From NCBI GenBank assembly GCA_022562935.1, contig JADFOI010000004.1:1-54232 (forward strand): a stretch of 54,232 nt of DNA. The letters run 5' to 3'. A program made the position numbers and the translations under genes. Below are positions 36,594 through 46,200 of the stretch, piece by piece (position 1 is the first letter of the stretch; each line of letters begins with the position of its first letter). The notes beneath the pieces are model-generated. The model ran no database searches and was not told the DNA's origin. It saw only the letters and a list, made by a program, of their open reading frames with translations. This stretch comes from Acidobacteriota bacterium. GTDB taxonomy: Bacteria > Acidobacteriota > UBA6911 > RPQK01 > JADFOI01.

Positions 36594-37535
36594 ATGGTGG
36601 CAAAGGCGATTCGTCTGTTTTCCGAGAGAGTGGTGTCTGAGAAGTGCGTCTCTGTTGAGCTTCCAACAGGCCTCAGAGAACGAATCTCAATCATTCTTGA
36701 GGAGTTCAACTTCCCTATTGAGGTTCCTGGGAACCCCTCGGATAGCTGGGTCCTCGAAGTGACCGACGTGTTGACCGAGGTCACTGAAGGGCTGGAAGAA
36801 CTCTATGGTGTGGAGCAGCTTTGGACATTTGACGACAACGGGGACCCGCTGTCCGTAGAGTTGGAAGACTTTGTCCAAAGGACTGATCCTGCACAAATTT
36901 TTGATGTCCTCGAACTCTTCTACCACTGCTCAGAGGGTCACCATAAACTGGACTTTCAACGAGCACTCAACAATGCACTCCAGGAGTACCAATCGGAGCG
37001 GCGAATGAAGGATGGCCGCTTTCCCGGGAACGCAGCTCATGTCCCTGCCAGGCCGATTACGGCTCCGTCAAATGAATCTGTGAAGGGTGAGAGCCGTTTG
37101 GTGGCAGCCCTGGATCAATTCCATGAAGCGCAAAACGACCTGGAATCGGGAAACTACAAGGCTGCAATCGACCATACTTGTAGCAGTCTCGAAGGCATTT
37201 TGAAATCGTCTTTCGAGTCGGACCGATCGCAGACAGAATCCTTGATGGGGTCACTGGATGGCTATGGCTCCTCATCGAACTCGGCGGAAAGCGTAGCCCG
37301 TGCTTTTGGGGAACAGGTGTTGAAATCTCTTTCCTTTCTTAGCGACACGCTGGAGAGAGGCACTCCCTCAAGTGAGATGATCAACATGTCCAAGGTCTAT
37401 GCAGAGCTGGCAGTCCATCTATCGGGATCATTTATCCTGTTTGCCACCCACTTGATCCTCCAAGAACGTCCAGCTGGGAAAGCGTCTGCCTCGAAAAAGG
37501 TCAAGCGACTCCAAGTGGTGTCCGAAGCCAGTTAG
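36594..37535 (+). CDS. AbiJ-like protein (AbiJ N-terminal domain + HEPN-like helical C-terminus, possibly degenerate)
   Basis: GGAGG RBS; LFSER..LP.GLRERI..IFDVLELFY..F...LN..L pattern; then A..DL..GNYKAAI..C.SLE..LK. The family call is from memory of the pattern. Confidence 0.55.
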   Translation: MVAKAIRLFSERVVSEKCVSVELPTGLRERISIILEEFNFPIEVPGNPSDSWVLEVTDVLTEVTEGLEELYGVEQLWTFDDNGDPLSVELEDFVQRTDPAQIFDVLELFYHCSEGHHKLDFQRALNNALQEYQSERRMKDGRFPGNAAHVPARPITAPSNESVKGESRLVAALDQFHEAQNDLESGNYKAAIDHTCSSLEGILKSSFESDRSQTESLMGSLDGYGSSSNSAESVARAFGEQVLKSLSFLSDTLERGTPSSEMINMSKVYAELAVHLSGSFILFATHLILQERPAGKASASKKVKRLQVVSEAS

Positions 37536-37594
37536 AGAGTTCGGGGACAGCCCCAAGAATTCTCCCCGAATTCGGGGCCTGTCCCCGAACTCTC
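37535..37594. repeat. Palindromic REP-like element / possible bidirectional terminator
   Basis: 16-bp IR GAGAGTTCGGGGACAG / CTGTCCCCGAACTCTC with an internal CCCCGAATTCGGGG palindrome; it fills the gap between convergent stops. Confidence 0.7.
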
Positions 37595-40500
37595 AGTGGG
37601 CAGTCTGCATATACCATTCGTGCACGAGCCGAGAGATTTCCTCAATCGACAGCACACCCTGTGCCACCCAACTCTCTACGGGCGGGATAGCGGCCATCAC
37701 GATTTCATCCTCGCTCAGAATAGGGCGCTTGTCGATTAAGCCACTCTTCACGAGACGATTCTCCAACTCTTCCACGTCAACCTCTGTGAGATGCTGAGTC
37801 CGGCTGTCTCGGCCTTCGCGAAGCACGGAAAGAAGCCGCCGAATGTCACCCTTCATCTCCTCAAACAGGAAATTCAGGCTTTTGAGGTTAGGATCACTCC
37901 TACCCGCAGCTGCCCAAACACTCGCATTATTCTTCTGATGCCGACCGATCCTCCAGTTCTGTGAGAAGGCTTTCATCAAATCGATGCGGGCTCTGAGACG
38001 CTCCACTCTGTGCTCACTGATGATCCTGTGCCCACCCCCATCAACCAGGGATTGCCACTGCCCAACCGTTTCCGCAGATACCTTAAGCAGGGCATACAAA
38101 GTCCCTAAATCATCACGTAGAAGGTAAAACAGATGAACGCTGGTAACGGAATTTCTGAAATCCAGGGAAGGAACCTGTAACAAAGCACCATATTTATCTG
38201 CGGAGCGTCCTTCCGGAGAAGGAACCTCGCGCACAGCCGGACCCGTGACTTTCTTGATCGGGGAGCTCGTTTTGGCCATACCTCGAATTTGCCCGAGATC
38301 GATGGGGGCCTCCTGCTCCACCCCCATTTTCATCAAGGTTTGACTCCAACGGACCGCATCGGACGGATTAGCCGTTAAATAAACAATCTGCCGTTCTTGC
38401 TCGGCTGCCAGGACATGGAGGCTCTCGACAATGGCCTGGAATCGGGATGGATCTGAGGTGCTCAGAACATCATCCAAAAAGATGGGCAATTTGATGCCTC
38501 GTTCGATTTGACCGGCAAAGGCCAGCCGTACCGCCAACAGAAGCTGGATTCGCGTGCCATCGGAAAGCTCTGAAAGACCTTTTCCAATTTGGCTGAAAAC
38601 CTCGAATACCCGAAAACTGGGAGAGTCGGATCTCTCATCCACAATGAGGTTGTATTTGTGGTGGGTGAATTTGGCAAAAAGTTCTGCTGCACACCTCAGG
38701 ACCTTTGGACAACTCTGTTTGTCATGCCTGGCACGCACTCGTTCCAAGAGAAACTTTCCGGCCACTTTGTGAAGGTTTTCCTGACGTCGCTCTTCCAGCA
38801 GTTGTTCCCCCTCGGAAAGGTCAGCCAGGGCTTGGTCCAAACTGTCCTTCTTCCCAGCTTGGCGGATACTGGCTTGAATACCGCCGATCTCTCCCATCAC
38901 ATCCCCGAGCTTCGCCACGGATCGCTCACAACTCCTGACACGACTATCCGCTTCATTGAAGGTTAGCTCAAGGAGATCCTGACGGCTTTTCAGCTTCTTC
39001 TCGTACTCCCGGATGTTCTGCTCGCGGTGGTTGCCCTCGTTCACCAGATTTCGATATTCATCCAGCCAATCCAAATACTGATAGAGGGCTCCTTGATCGC
39101 CGACTGGAAGCCCCGTCTGGTTCCAAAACCTTCTGATTCGCTCCTCTTGTTTCCCGATTCTGGCCTCCACTTCATCGTGCCGTACCCATTCCCTCTCAAG
39201 GATCTGTGTGGCGTTCTCAAACCGGGCACTCCTCACCTTCAAGTCTTCAAGTCGCCCCCGGGCGACAGCCGCATCCTGCACATCCGGCTCACCTTGACGC
39301 TTGAAGAAGGCAGTCAAATCCTCCAAACCCTCCTGGACCATCTCTTCCAGTCGACTCAGCTGGGCCTCCAACCCGGCAAGTCTTTCACGAGCCTCTTCCC
39401 ATTTGAGAATCCGATTGGCAAACAGGAACAGTTGTAGATCACCGCCCGGATCGACTTGTAATTGCAAGCACAGGTTCGCTCTCTTCTCATCCACCTGCAG
39501 TTCTTTTTGTGCAAGGCTCTCTTCGCGGGCCTTGAGCTCATCCAACAGAGTCCTCCGTCGTTCCAGCTCTACGGCCTCTTTCCACTTCTCTTCCAGCTCT
39601 TTCAGAGAACTGTCCACCGACTCCAGAGACCAGTCGAAAATAGGTTTGAGACGCAGCTTGTCGTACTGCCTTTGGCACTGTCGCGCGGCAAGGTCTCTAT
39701 TGCGCTCAAACAGGAAGATGACCCCCAGCATACCGATTCCCACACCGGCCAGGACAAACCCCGACCAATGGGCAAACCAACCCAGGTCCAACCCAAGAAA
39801 GAGGGCTATCACCCCCAGCCAGGAAAGGTTTCTGATGACCTTGTGCCCTGTAGAGTAGGCTTTTCTGGCCCGCCAGTTTCGAAGAGCCTCCATACCCCAC
39901 TCCAGAGTCGCCTTGGATTTGCCCTTCTGTCCCTCTTGCCAATAATTTCGATCCGTGTCGATTCGAATCCGCTCCTGGCGAACCGCTTCCGTCTCGCGCA
40001 AGAAGCCCTCCAAATCGCCCAAAAGTTCCCGGTCCAAAGGGGTCAGACCTTGAGGAGCGTGTTCTGGAGCAAGATGCTCGATACTTCCCGCTAAAGCTCC
40101 CTGGGCAACCGTGACCTCGTCTCGTTTCTCCTCGACTTTGATCTCCACTCTTTGCAAGCTGCCTGCCCGCTCGAGCCAGGTGCTCAGCTCGCCATCTCCA
40201 ATCGGGCCATGAGGCAATCGGCAAGATTGGATGACCCTCCGCGCCGCCTGAATGGCCTTTTCGCAGTCGGGCAACTGGGAACGGAACTGGGCGTCATCCG
40301 TCTTGAGTGCCTCCAGATCCCTTTTCTCATGACCTTGAAGTTGGCCCATTTCTTTAGGGAATTCTGCAAGTGCTGCCCTGATCTGGCGCAGATGCTGTCG
40401 TTCCTTCGCCAGATCTCGAGCCGTCTTCAAGAAATCCAGCTCCGCCTGCGACGCGTGAACTCTGTCTCGCTCTGCATAGACTGCGGGAAGGCGATCCTCC

Positions 40501-41033
40501 TCCCTGGCCAGGTGCCGCTGCGCCCTCTGAAATCCGGCTACTGTCTTCCTGAGGTCGCGAACGACTCTTCTCTCCGCCTGGCCATTCTCCGAACTTACGG
40601 TGAACTGTTCCCCGATGGCGGTCAAATCGTACCTGCCGGACATCTGACGGTAAATTTCCGCAGCGATATCAGCATCGGTGGAAGATCCATTGTCCAGGAG
40701 CAAATCTCCCAATCCCAAGGTGAAACAGCGTGCAAAACGTTCATCGGGCAACAGAGGGAGAGGCATTTCTTTCCCATCGCGCCGCCAGATGACATGCGCC
40801 TTTTCTCGGGTCGCCGTCAGAGTCTCACCCACTTCAGTCCACTGGCTTTCAATACTGATGGGCTCACCGGTTTCGGTCCCAGGCCATAGGATCGCCCGTA
40901 TAGCCCGGCACAGTGTCGTCTTCCCCGATTCGTTCGGACCTACTAAGAGGTTCAGATGCGAGGAGTAAGGCTGAACGGAGAAGGGTTCTTTGACCCCCGG
41001 CATCTGCCGGACCGTGACCTTCCTTAACTCCAT
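37593..41033 (-). CDS. YhaN-like SMC/Rad50-type ATPase with internal TM segments
   Basis: Walker A GPNESGKTT, long coiled coils, hydrophobic hairpin (WLGVIALFLG..VIFLF), signature LSDGT and Walker B PIFLDD. Confidence 0.88.
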   Translation of the reverse strand: MELRKVTVRQMPGVKEPFSVQPYSSHLNLLVGPNESGKTTLCRAIRAILWPGTETGEPISIESQWTEVGETLTATREKAHVIWRRDGKEMPLPLLPDERFARCFTLGLGDLLLDNGSSTDADIAAEIYRQMSGRYDLTAIGEQFTVSSENGQAERRVVRDLRKTVAGFQRAQRHLAREEDRLPAVYAERDRVHASQAELDFLKTARDLAKERQHLRQIRAALAEFPKEMGQLQGHEKRDLEALKTDDAQFRSQLPDCEKAIQAARRVIQSCRLPHGPIGDGELSTWLERAGSLQRVEIKVEEKRDEVTVAQGALAGSIEHLAPEHAPQGLTPLDRELLGDLEGFLRETEAVRQERIRIDTDRNYWQEGQKGKSKATLEWGMEALRNWRARKAYSTGHKVIRNLSWLGVIALFLGLDLGWFAHWSGFVLAGVGIGMLGVIFLFERNRDLAARQCQRQYDKLRLKPIFDWSLESVDSSLKELEEKWKEAVELERRRTLLDELKAREESLAQKELQVDEKRANLCLQLQVDPGGDLQLFLFANRILKWEEARERLAGLEAQLSRLEEMVQEGLEDLTAFFKRQGEPDVQDAAVARGRLEDLKVRSARFENATQILEREWVRHDEVEARIGKQEERIRRFWNQTGLPVGDQGALYQYLDWLDEYRNLVNEGNHREQNIREYEKKLKSRQDLLELTFNEADSRVRSCERSVAKLGDVMGEIGGIQASIRQAGKKDSLDQALADLSEGEQLLEERRQENLHKVAGKFLLERVRARHDKQSCPKVLRCAAELFAKFTHHKYNLIVDERSDSPSFRVFEVFSQIGKGLSELSDGTRIQLLLAVRLAFAGQIERGIKLPIFLDDVLSTSDPSRFQAIVESLHVLAAEQERQIVYLTANPSDAVRWSQTLMKMGVEQEAPIDLGQIRGMAKTSSPIKKVTGPAVREVPSPEGRSADKYGALLQVPSLDFRNSVTSVHLFYLLRDDLGTLYALLKVSAETVGQWQSLVDGGGHRIISEHRVERLRARIDLMKAFSQNWRIGRHQKNNASVWAAAGRSDPNLKSLNFLFEEMKGDIRRLLSVLREGRDSRTQHLTEVDVEELENRLVKSGLIDKRPILSEDEIVMAAIPPVESWVAQGVLSIEEISRLVHEWYMQTAH

Positions 41034-42340
41034 GATCGGACATCCTCTCGATTTCTGGGCTCGATCTGTCCCAGGAGTTCCTTTAGAGCGGGGAACCCGG
41101 CCTGCAATAGGAGTTCTCTGACTTGATCCTCTGTGAGTTGAATTCCTTCGAGCTGAGACCAGGCAGACGAGGCAGCTTCCTTTTCCAGCCTGTGACGGGC
41201 CTCACGAATGAGCTGCCGGGCATCTTCCTCCTTATCCTCCAGAGCCAGTAGCTGACGAGCGAGCAGTCCAGGGGGATCGCTGGCTTGAGCAATGCGTTTC
41301 AGGTCCAGGGAGAGACGGGAGTCATCGATGATCCCTTCGACGAAATAAAGGATCTCATCAAATTTAGGTTTGAGATCCTCCAGGTCCAATGGGGTCAGCC
41401 GTTGAGCAACATCTCGGTGAAGCTCTCTTGGTCCGACAAGCTTGATCCGGCACCCGACGGCTTTCACCCCTGCAAGTTGAGGTAAAAGCTTTTTGTGCAA
41501 CGAGGCCATCGAGTCTCTCAAGATATCCTTGAGATCCCCTTTACCGCTTAGCTTATCCACGGCAACGGGTAATTCCTCCCAGCGTAACGGACCCAGGCTG
41601 ATTTGCTTGATGGAGAATTGCCCTAGATCATCAATCTCCAGCACCCAAGGCCCGTGGAGTCCCGTTTCGCTGGGATCGAGCCCAACCAGCGGCCCCAGAT
41701 ATCCAATGAAGGAGTCGGAGCCAAGCTGGGAAGGCTTGTGTTTATGGCCTATAAACCATCCATCGAGCTCAATGTCCTCTAGTCTCCGGCGTGAGGCTGG
41801 AGCGTAAACACTATCGGGCGTATCCAGATCGTGCAGGATGCCGAAACGGGGAAGCTTTTCGTCGGGAGGAAGGGGAAGGTCCTGCTCCAAAGGGCTCTGG
41901 GTGATTCCCTGCTTGGGAAAAGACCAACCCAAAATATTCATGATGGGCTCGCTCTGATGGGACAGGGTCACCCACTCCCATTTTCCACCCTGGCCAACCA
42001 CATGAAAGGCGGGGATCCGTTGAGTCACTTCTTCCAGAGCTTCCACATCATGGTCTCCCACCACAGAATAGACGTCGATGCCATTCTGGACGAGCTCAAG
42101 GACTCCACTTTGAAGATGTCCGAATGCCTCCAATCGATGATGGTCTGCCTCGACGACATCTCCAGTCAGAACGACAGCCGCAACACCTTGATCGACGGCA
42201 AAACGAACCAGGCGAAACCAGCCCTCTGTCGGGGTCAACTCAAGCGGAGAGATGCCGTGTTGGTCGATATCCCTGGGAAGATGCACGGGTCTTCTACCCA
42301 AATGGATATCTCCTGCCAAAAGGACTTGGCTGTGCATCAT
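41024..42340 (-). CDS. YhaO/Mre11/SbcD-like metallophosphoesterase nuclease
   Basis: GDIHLG, GDVVE, GDHD, LH and GHKH motifs; GLDPSETGLHG; overlaps the ATPase start. Confidence 0.88.
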   Translation of the reverse strand: MMHSQVLLAGDIHLGRRPVHLPRDIDQHGISPLELTPTEGWFRLVRFAVDQGVAAVVLTGDVVEADHHRLEAFGHLQSGVLELVQNGIDVYSVVGDHDVEALEEVTQRIPAFHVVGQGGKWEWVTLSHQSEPIMNILGWSFPKQGITQSPLEQDLPLPPDEKLPRFGILHDLDTPDSVYAPASRRRLEDIELDGWFIGHKHKPSQLGSDSFIGYLGPLVGLDPSETGLHGPWVLEIDDLGQFSIKQISLGPLRWEELPVAVDKLSGKGDLKDILRDSMASLHKKLLPQLAGVKAVGCRIKLVGPRELHRDVAQRLTPLDLEDLKPKFDEILYFVEGIIDDSRLSLDLKRIAQASDPPGLLARQLLALEDKEEDARQLIREARHRLEKEAASSAWSQLEGIQLTEDQVRELLLQAGFPALKELLGQIEPRNREDVRSWS

Positions 42341-42621
42341 TTCCCCTTGCAGCCCCAGCCTACTCAAGGGTCTGGCGGCTATGACAAAAAGCTAGCATCG
42401 ATCAAAACGCCAGCCATTTCAGTACGAATATAAGGCCACTTCAACCGGCTCCTAGTTTATCCTTCCTATCTGCCATTCATGATTCCCTGCCGTTGGAAAC
42501 CTATAGAAGATCCTGGTGGCAAATGTTTATGGAACGAGACACTAAAAGGAAACGATCCATCCGGTATGCTTTATGGAAAGCGGCTGCTCAGGAGGGAGGG
42601 TATGGGGCTTTGATGGAACCT

Positions 42622-42879
42622 TTACTGCACGGTTGCCAATAAATTCCTGAAATCATTCAGGCACTTTCGGCATGCCTTCACATAGCGATCGATCTTCAGT
42701 TCTCCAGCCAGGGAAGAATCAAAGTAAATCTCTATGTCGGCTTCGACTTCTCGACCCCGAAAAGCAGCGCAATGGAAACACAATCCTCTTTTTGAGGCTT
42801 CCGCCCCAATGAGGGTACTCTGCTTGATCGACTCAGTGGTCACCACTTCTTCACCATCAACGACCACGATTTCCAACAT
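42622..42879 (-). CDS. Small hypothetical protein with two CxxC motifs
   Basis: CFHC and CRKC; AGGAG upstream; co-oriented with its neighbours. Confidence 0.55.
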   Translation of the reverse strand: MLEIVVVDGEEVVTTESIKQSTLIGAEASKRGLCFHCAAFRGREVEADIEIYFDSSLAGELKIDRYVKACRKCLNDFRNLLATVQ

Positions 42880-43217
42880 GACTCACAAACTCCTGACAAG
42901 ATTTGAGATCAATTCTCTATGCACTCCTGAGTAAAGCAAGTCATGTGCCACTCTCGAGGGGCCTCCAGGAAAAACCCGCAGGGGTTGCCATAGAGCCCGA
43001 TAAATCAATAACTTGCAGTCCTTCTTGAGGATCCTTGGCTCGCTTGAGGAACTTTGGAGTCTTCTTCCCCCTGTCAACCTCAGATGACAAACCGCTAGCG
43101 GCTGAAAGTCGTAAGAATCATCACCATCATGCGTTAGCGGTTCATCCGAGCCGATTGGAGAAGGTGTCAACAGAACTTCACAGGAGAGAGGGACTTGTGA
43201 TCAGGCGTGAGGTAATA

Positions 43218-46200
43218 CTATTGGCCGTTCACGACATCACGGGCGGCCTGCCGAACCCGAGAGTCGTCGTCTTCGACGTGGCGGGCCAGTACTTCGGCTA
43301 CTCGAGGATTGGATATTTGGGCCAAAGCGAAAGCGGCGGTGGCACGGACCAGAGGACTCCTTTTTTTGAGGAACGAGAAAAAGCCTTGCGGGGCTAAGAT
43401 CTGAGCCAGTGGTTCAATACTGGCGGGGTCGGCTATTTGTCCGAGTGCCCGGCAGGAGGCAATGACGCGCTTCTCGTCCTTGGCGGATTCGAGCAGGGAA
43501 ACAAGCACCTCCGCGGCTCCGGTAGGCTTGATTTTACCCAGGGACTTAATAGCCACCGTCGCTACAGTCGGGTCTTCGTGGCTGGTACGATCGACCAAAA
43601 GTGATGTAAGACGTTCGTCGTTCGAACGTTCTATGAGACGAAGTGCAGCTCGCCGTACTTTAGGGCTTTCGTCCTCTAGAGCGTAATCCAGCTCTTTTTT
43701 CAGATCTCGGGTGAACTTGTCGATGACCTCCAGTATTCTCACGCGCTGCTGGGCAGAGCCCTCCAACACCAGTTCACGTTTCAAAAGGGTGATCGGCTCT
43801 TCCCCGAGCTCGCTAAGCAAACGGGAAGCAATTTGTCTCGCCTCAAGGTTATCTTCCTCTTTGATGACGTCAATAAGCAGGGGAGTGGCCACGGGTCCTA
43901 GACTGCCGAGCAGTTGGGTGGCCTCTTGCAGCCGGGTGGGTTCCTTGGATCTTAGATTCTCCGAAAGTACCCGCTGAAATTCAGGCTCCAGTTCACGAAT
44001 GAAGACCAGCGGGGTCCCTTCTCCTCTTTCCTGCAGTTGTCGCTGGCGCTTGCCGAGATGGGTGAGGGTTCGGCTGGCCCGCCTGTAGTCCCCAAAGTGG
44101 ATGAGGCTGGTCGCGGTTCGGTAAAGCAATGTGCCCATTTCTTCGAGAAGTTGAGGGTCCTCCTCTTCCGCCAAAGCAAGGAGAAGGGGATCTATCAGAA
44201 GTTCCACTAACTGAGGCTGAGAGGCAAGACCCAAATCTTTCAGCAAACTGCCACAAACAAGGATGACCTTGGTGCGGATCGTCGGGGTCTGGAGTGCAAA
44301 GTCCTGAAACAATTGTTGGATGATCTGTCCAGACTGCTCTTCATCTCCCTTGAGAAAGAGATCGCGCAGCCTCGTTTCTGCGGATTGCAAGAAAGCGTCA
44401 GTGAACTGTCCTGTTTCGGGTTCTACAATCGCCGGTCCTGATGGGCCTGCAGCTGCAGAAGGTCGGATCTGCCCAGGTTCTAAAACTGCCTCGGTGGCAG
44501 TCTCCTCCGAGGTCTCTTCCTGGCCTGTCCCAGTACCAAACGTCTTCTCCAGGATTCCATAGGTGCGCTGGTCAAAGAGGATTCCGGTTAGCCCATGTAC
44601 CCTGGCTAATCGATGCCAAACCTCACCATCGAATCCATCGACCGGAGGTTCACGGAGTGCCGCAATAAAGATTCTCAGTTCTTGAGTGGAGACGTGTTTC
44701 AGAAAGGACAGACTTCTGAGTCCTATTGCTTCCAAGAGGCGGAGAAAACCATCAGCGATGGCCTTGAAATCCTTGGTATCCACCTTTTGTCCGTTGACCA
44801 AAAGAACCTCCTGGACCCGCGCCAAGGTGAGGGCGGACCGTTTCACCAGAAGGGTTTGAAGAACTGCCTGCAGCTCTTCAATGGAGTCGGTGATCACCTG
44901 GCTCTCTGGAGGGTAGAGCTTGATATTGGTCGAGGTGGTCAGCAGACTGCGGACGAGGCTGGGAATCTGGGTCAAATCCTGCTCATCCAGCCCTCGATCA
45001 GCGGCACGCAAGCTGGCAAACCCGCCCCCGGGTAAAGATGAGGCCGCCTCCTGCAAGGTCCCGGCGATTGCAAGCTTTCCGTCCGACCTCACCATGGCGG
45101 TATAGCGTACCTGTTCGAGTGCGATGTTTTGGAGGTGGTGTTTCGCTACAAAACGCTGCCAGAAACGCCGATCGATCATTTTCGTGCTGACCTGATCCAA
45201 GGATTCCAACATCACCCTCAGCTCGTTTCCGGTGAGACCTCGAGAAAAGACAATGCCCTGCAAGGAGAGACGACTCATGAGAATAGCCAAAGCCTCGGCA
45301 ACGGATTTGAATTCGGAGACGTCCAAGGGTTCCCCGTTCACGGACAGAACCTTTTTGGACTGAGTGATATTGAGGCGGTCATTGTGATCCAGGATCTTGT
45401 CAATGGATTCCTTAAACTGTCCGGCAGCACTGACAATGGCCGGGCTTCCGGATGGGTAGAGCTTGATCTTACGAAGGGTTGTCAACAGCCCACGAATCAC
45501 CTCTGGAACATGGACCAGGGCGGCGGGATTCAAGGGGACGTCCTGAGGGCCATCATCGGACAACCTTCCTCCGGTGTAGTCTATGGCTTCTTCCGCATTG
45601 AATATTTTCTGATCGTAGGCCTGTTGCGAGTCACGGTAAAAACGAGCTTTTTCCTGGTTAGCCGAGAGCTGGAAATGGTAGGCAAGGGTGGCAGCCGAAA
45701 GGAGGAGACGCTGGGCATTACGGGTTTCTTGGTACTTCCCGACACGCTCGTGCAGTTCCTCCTTTCGCTTGTCCTGGATTGCACCGTAGGTGATGTCCAA
45801 AATTCGTCTGCTCAAGAAACGAATGGTTTCATCATTCATCTGGTACTGTGACCCAATCAGACCCTGAGCCACAGCCTGGTCGATAAATTCCGTGACCTGC
45901 GTCTCCTTCGTTTCGGAACTTCCGGCCAGCATGCTCAGGGAGACATGTTCCCCAAAAGTGGAGGCTTGGTCGAGTAATTCCCTGCTCTCTTTGTTGAGGA
46001 CGGCGATCTTGTGGCTGACGATTTCCTCCAGGGATCTGGGCAGATAGTCTTTCTCCAAAGGTTCGATGCTCCACACTTGGCCGGTGAGAGTGATCTTTCC
46101 GCCCAGGATCAGCTTACGCATGATCTCACTGACAAAGAGAGGATTCCCCTCAGTGATCTGGGCCAGTTGCTCCTCAAAACCCTTCGGCAAACGCATCTGA

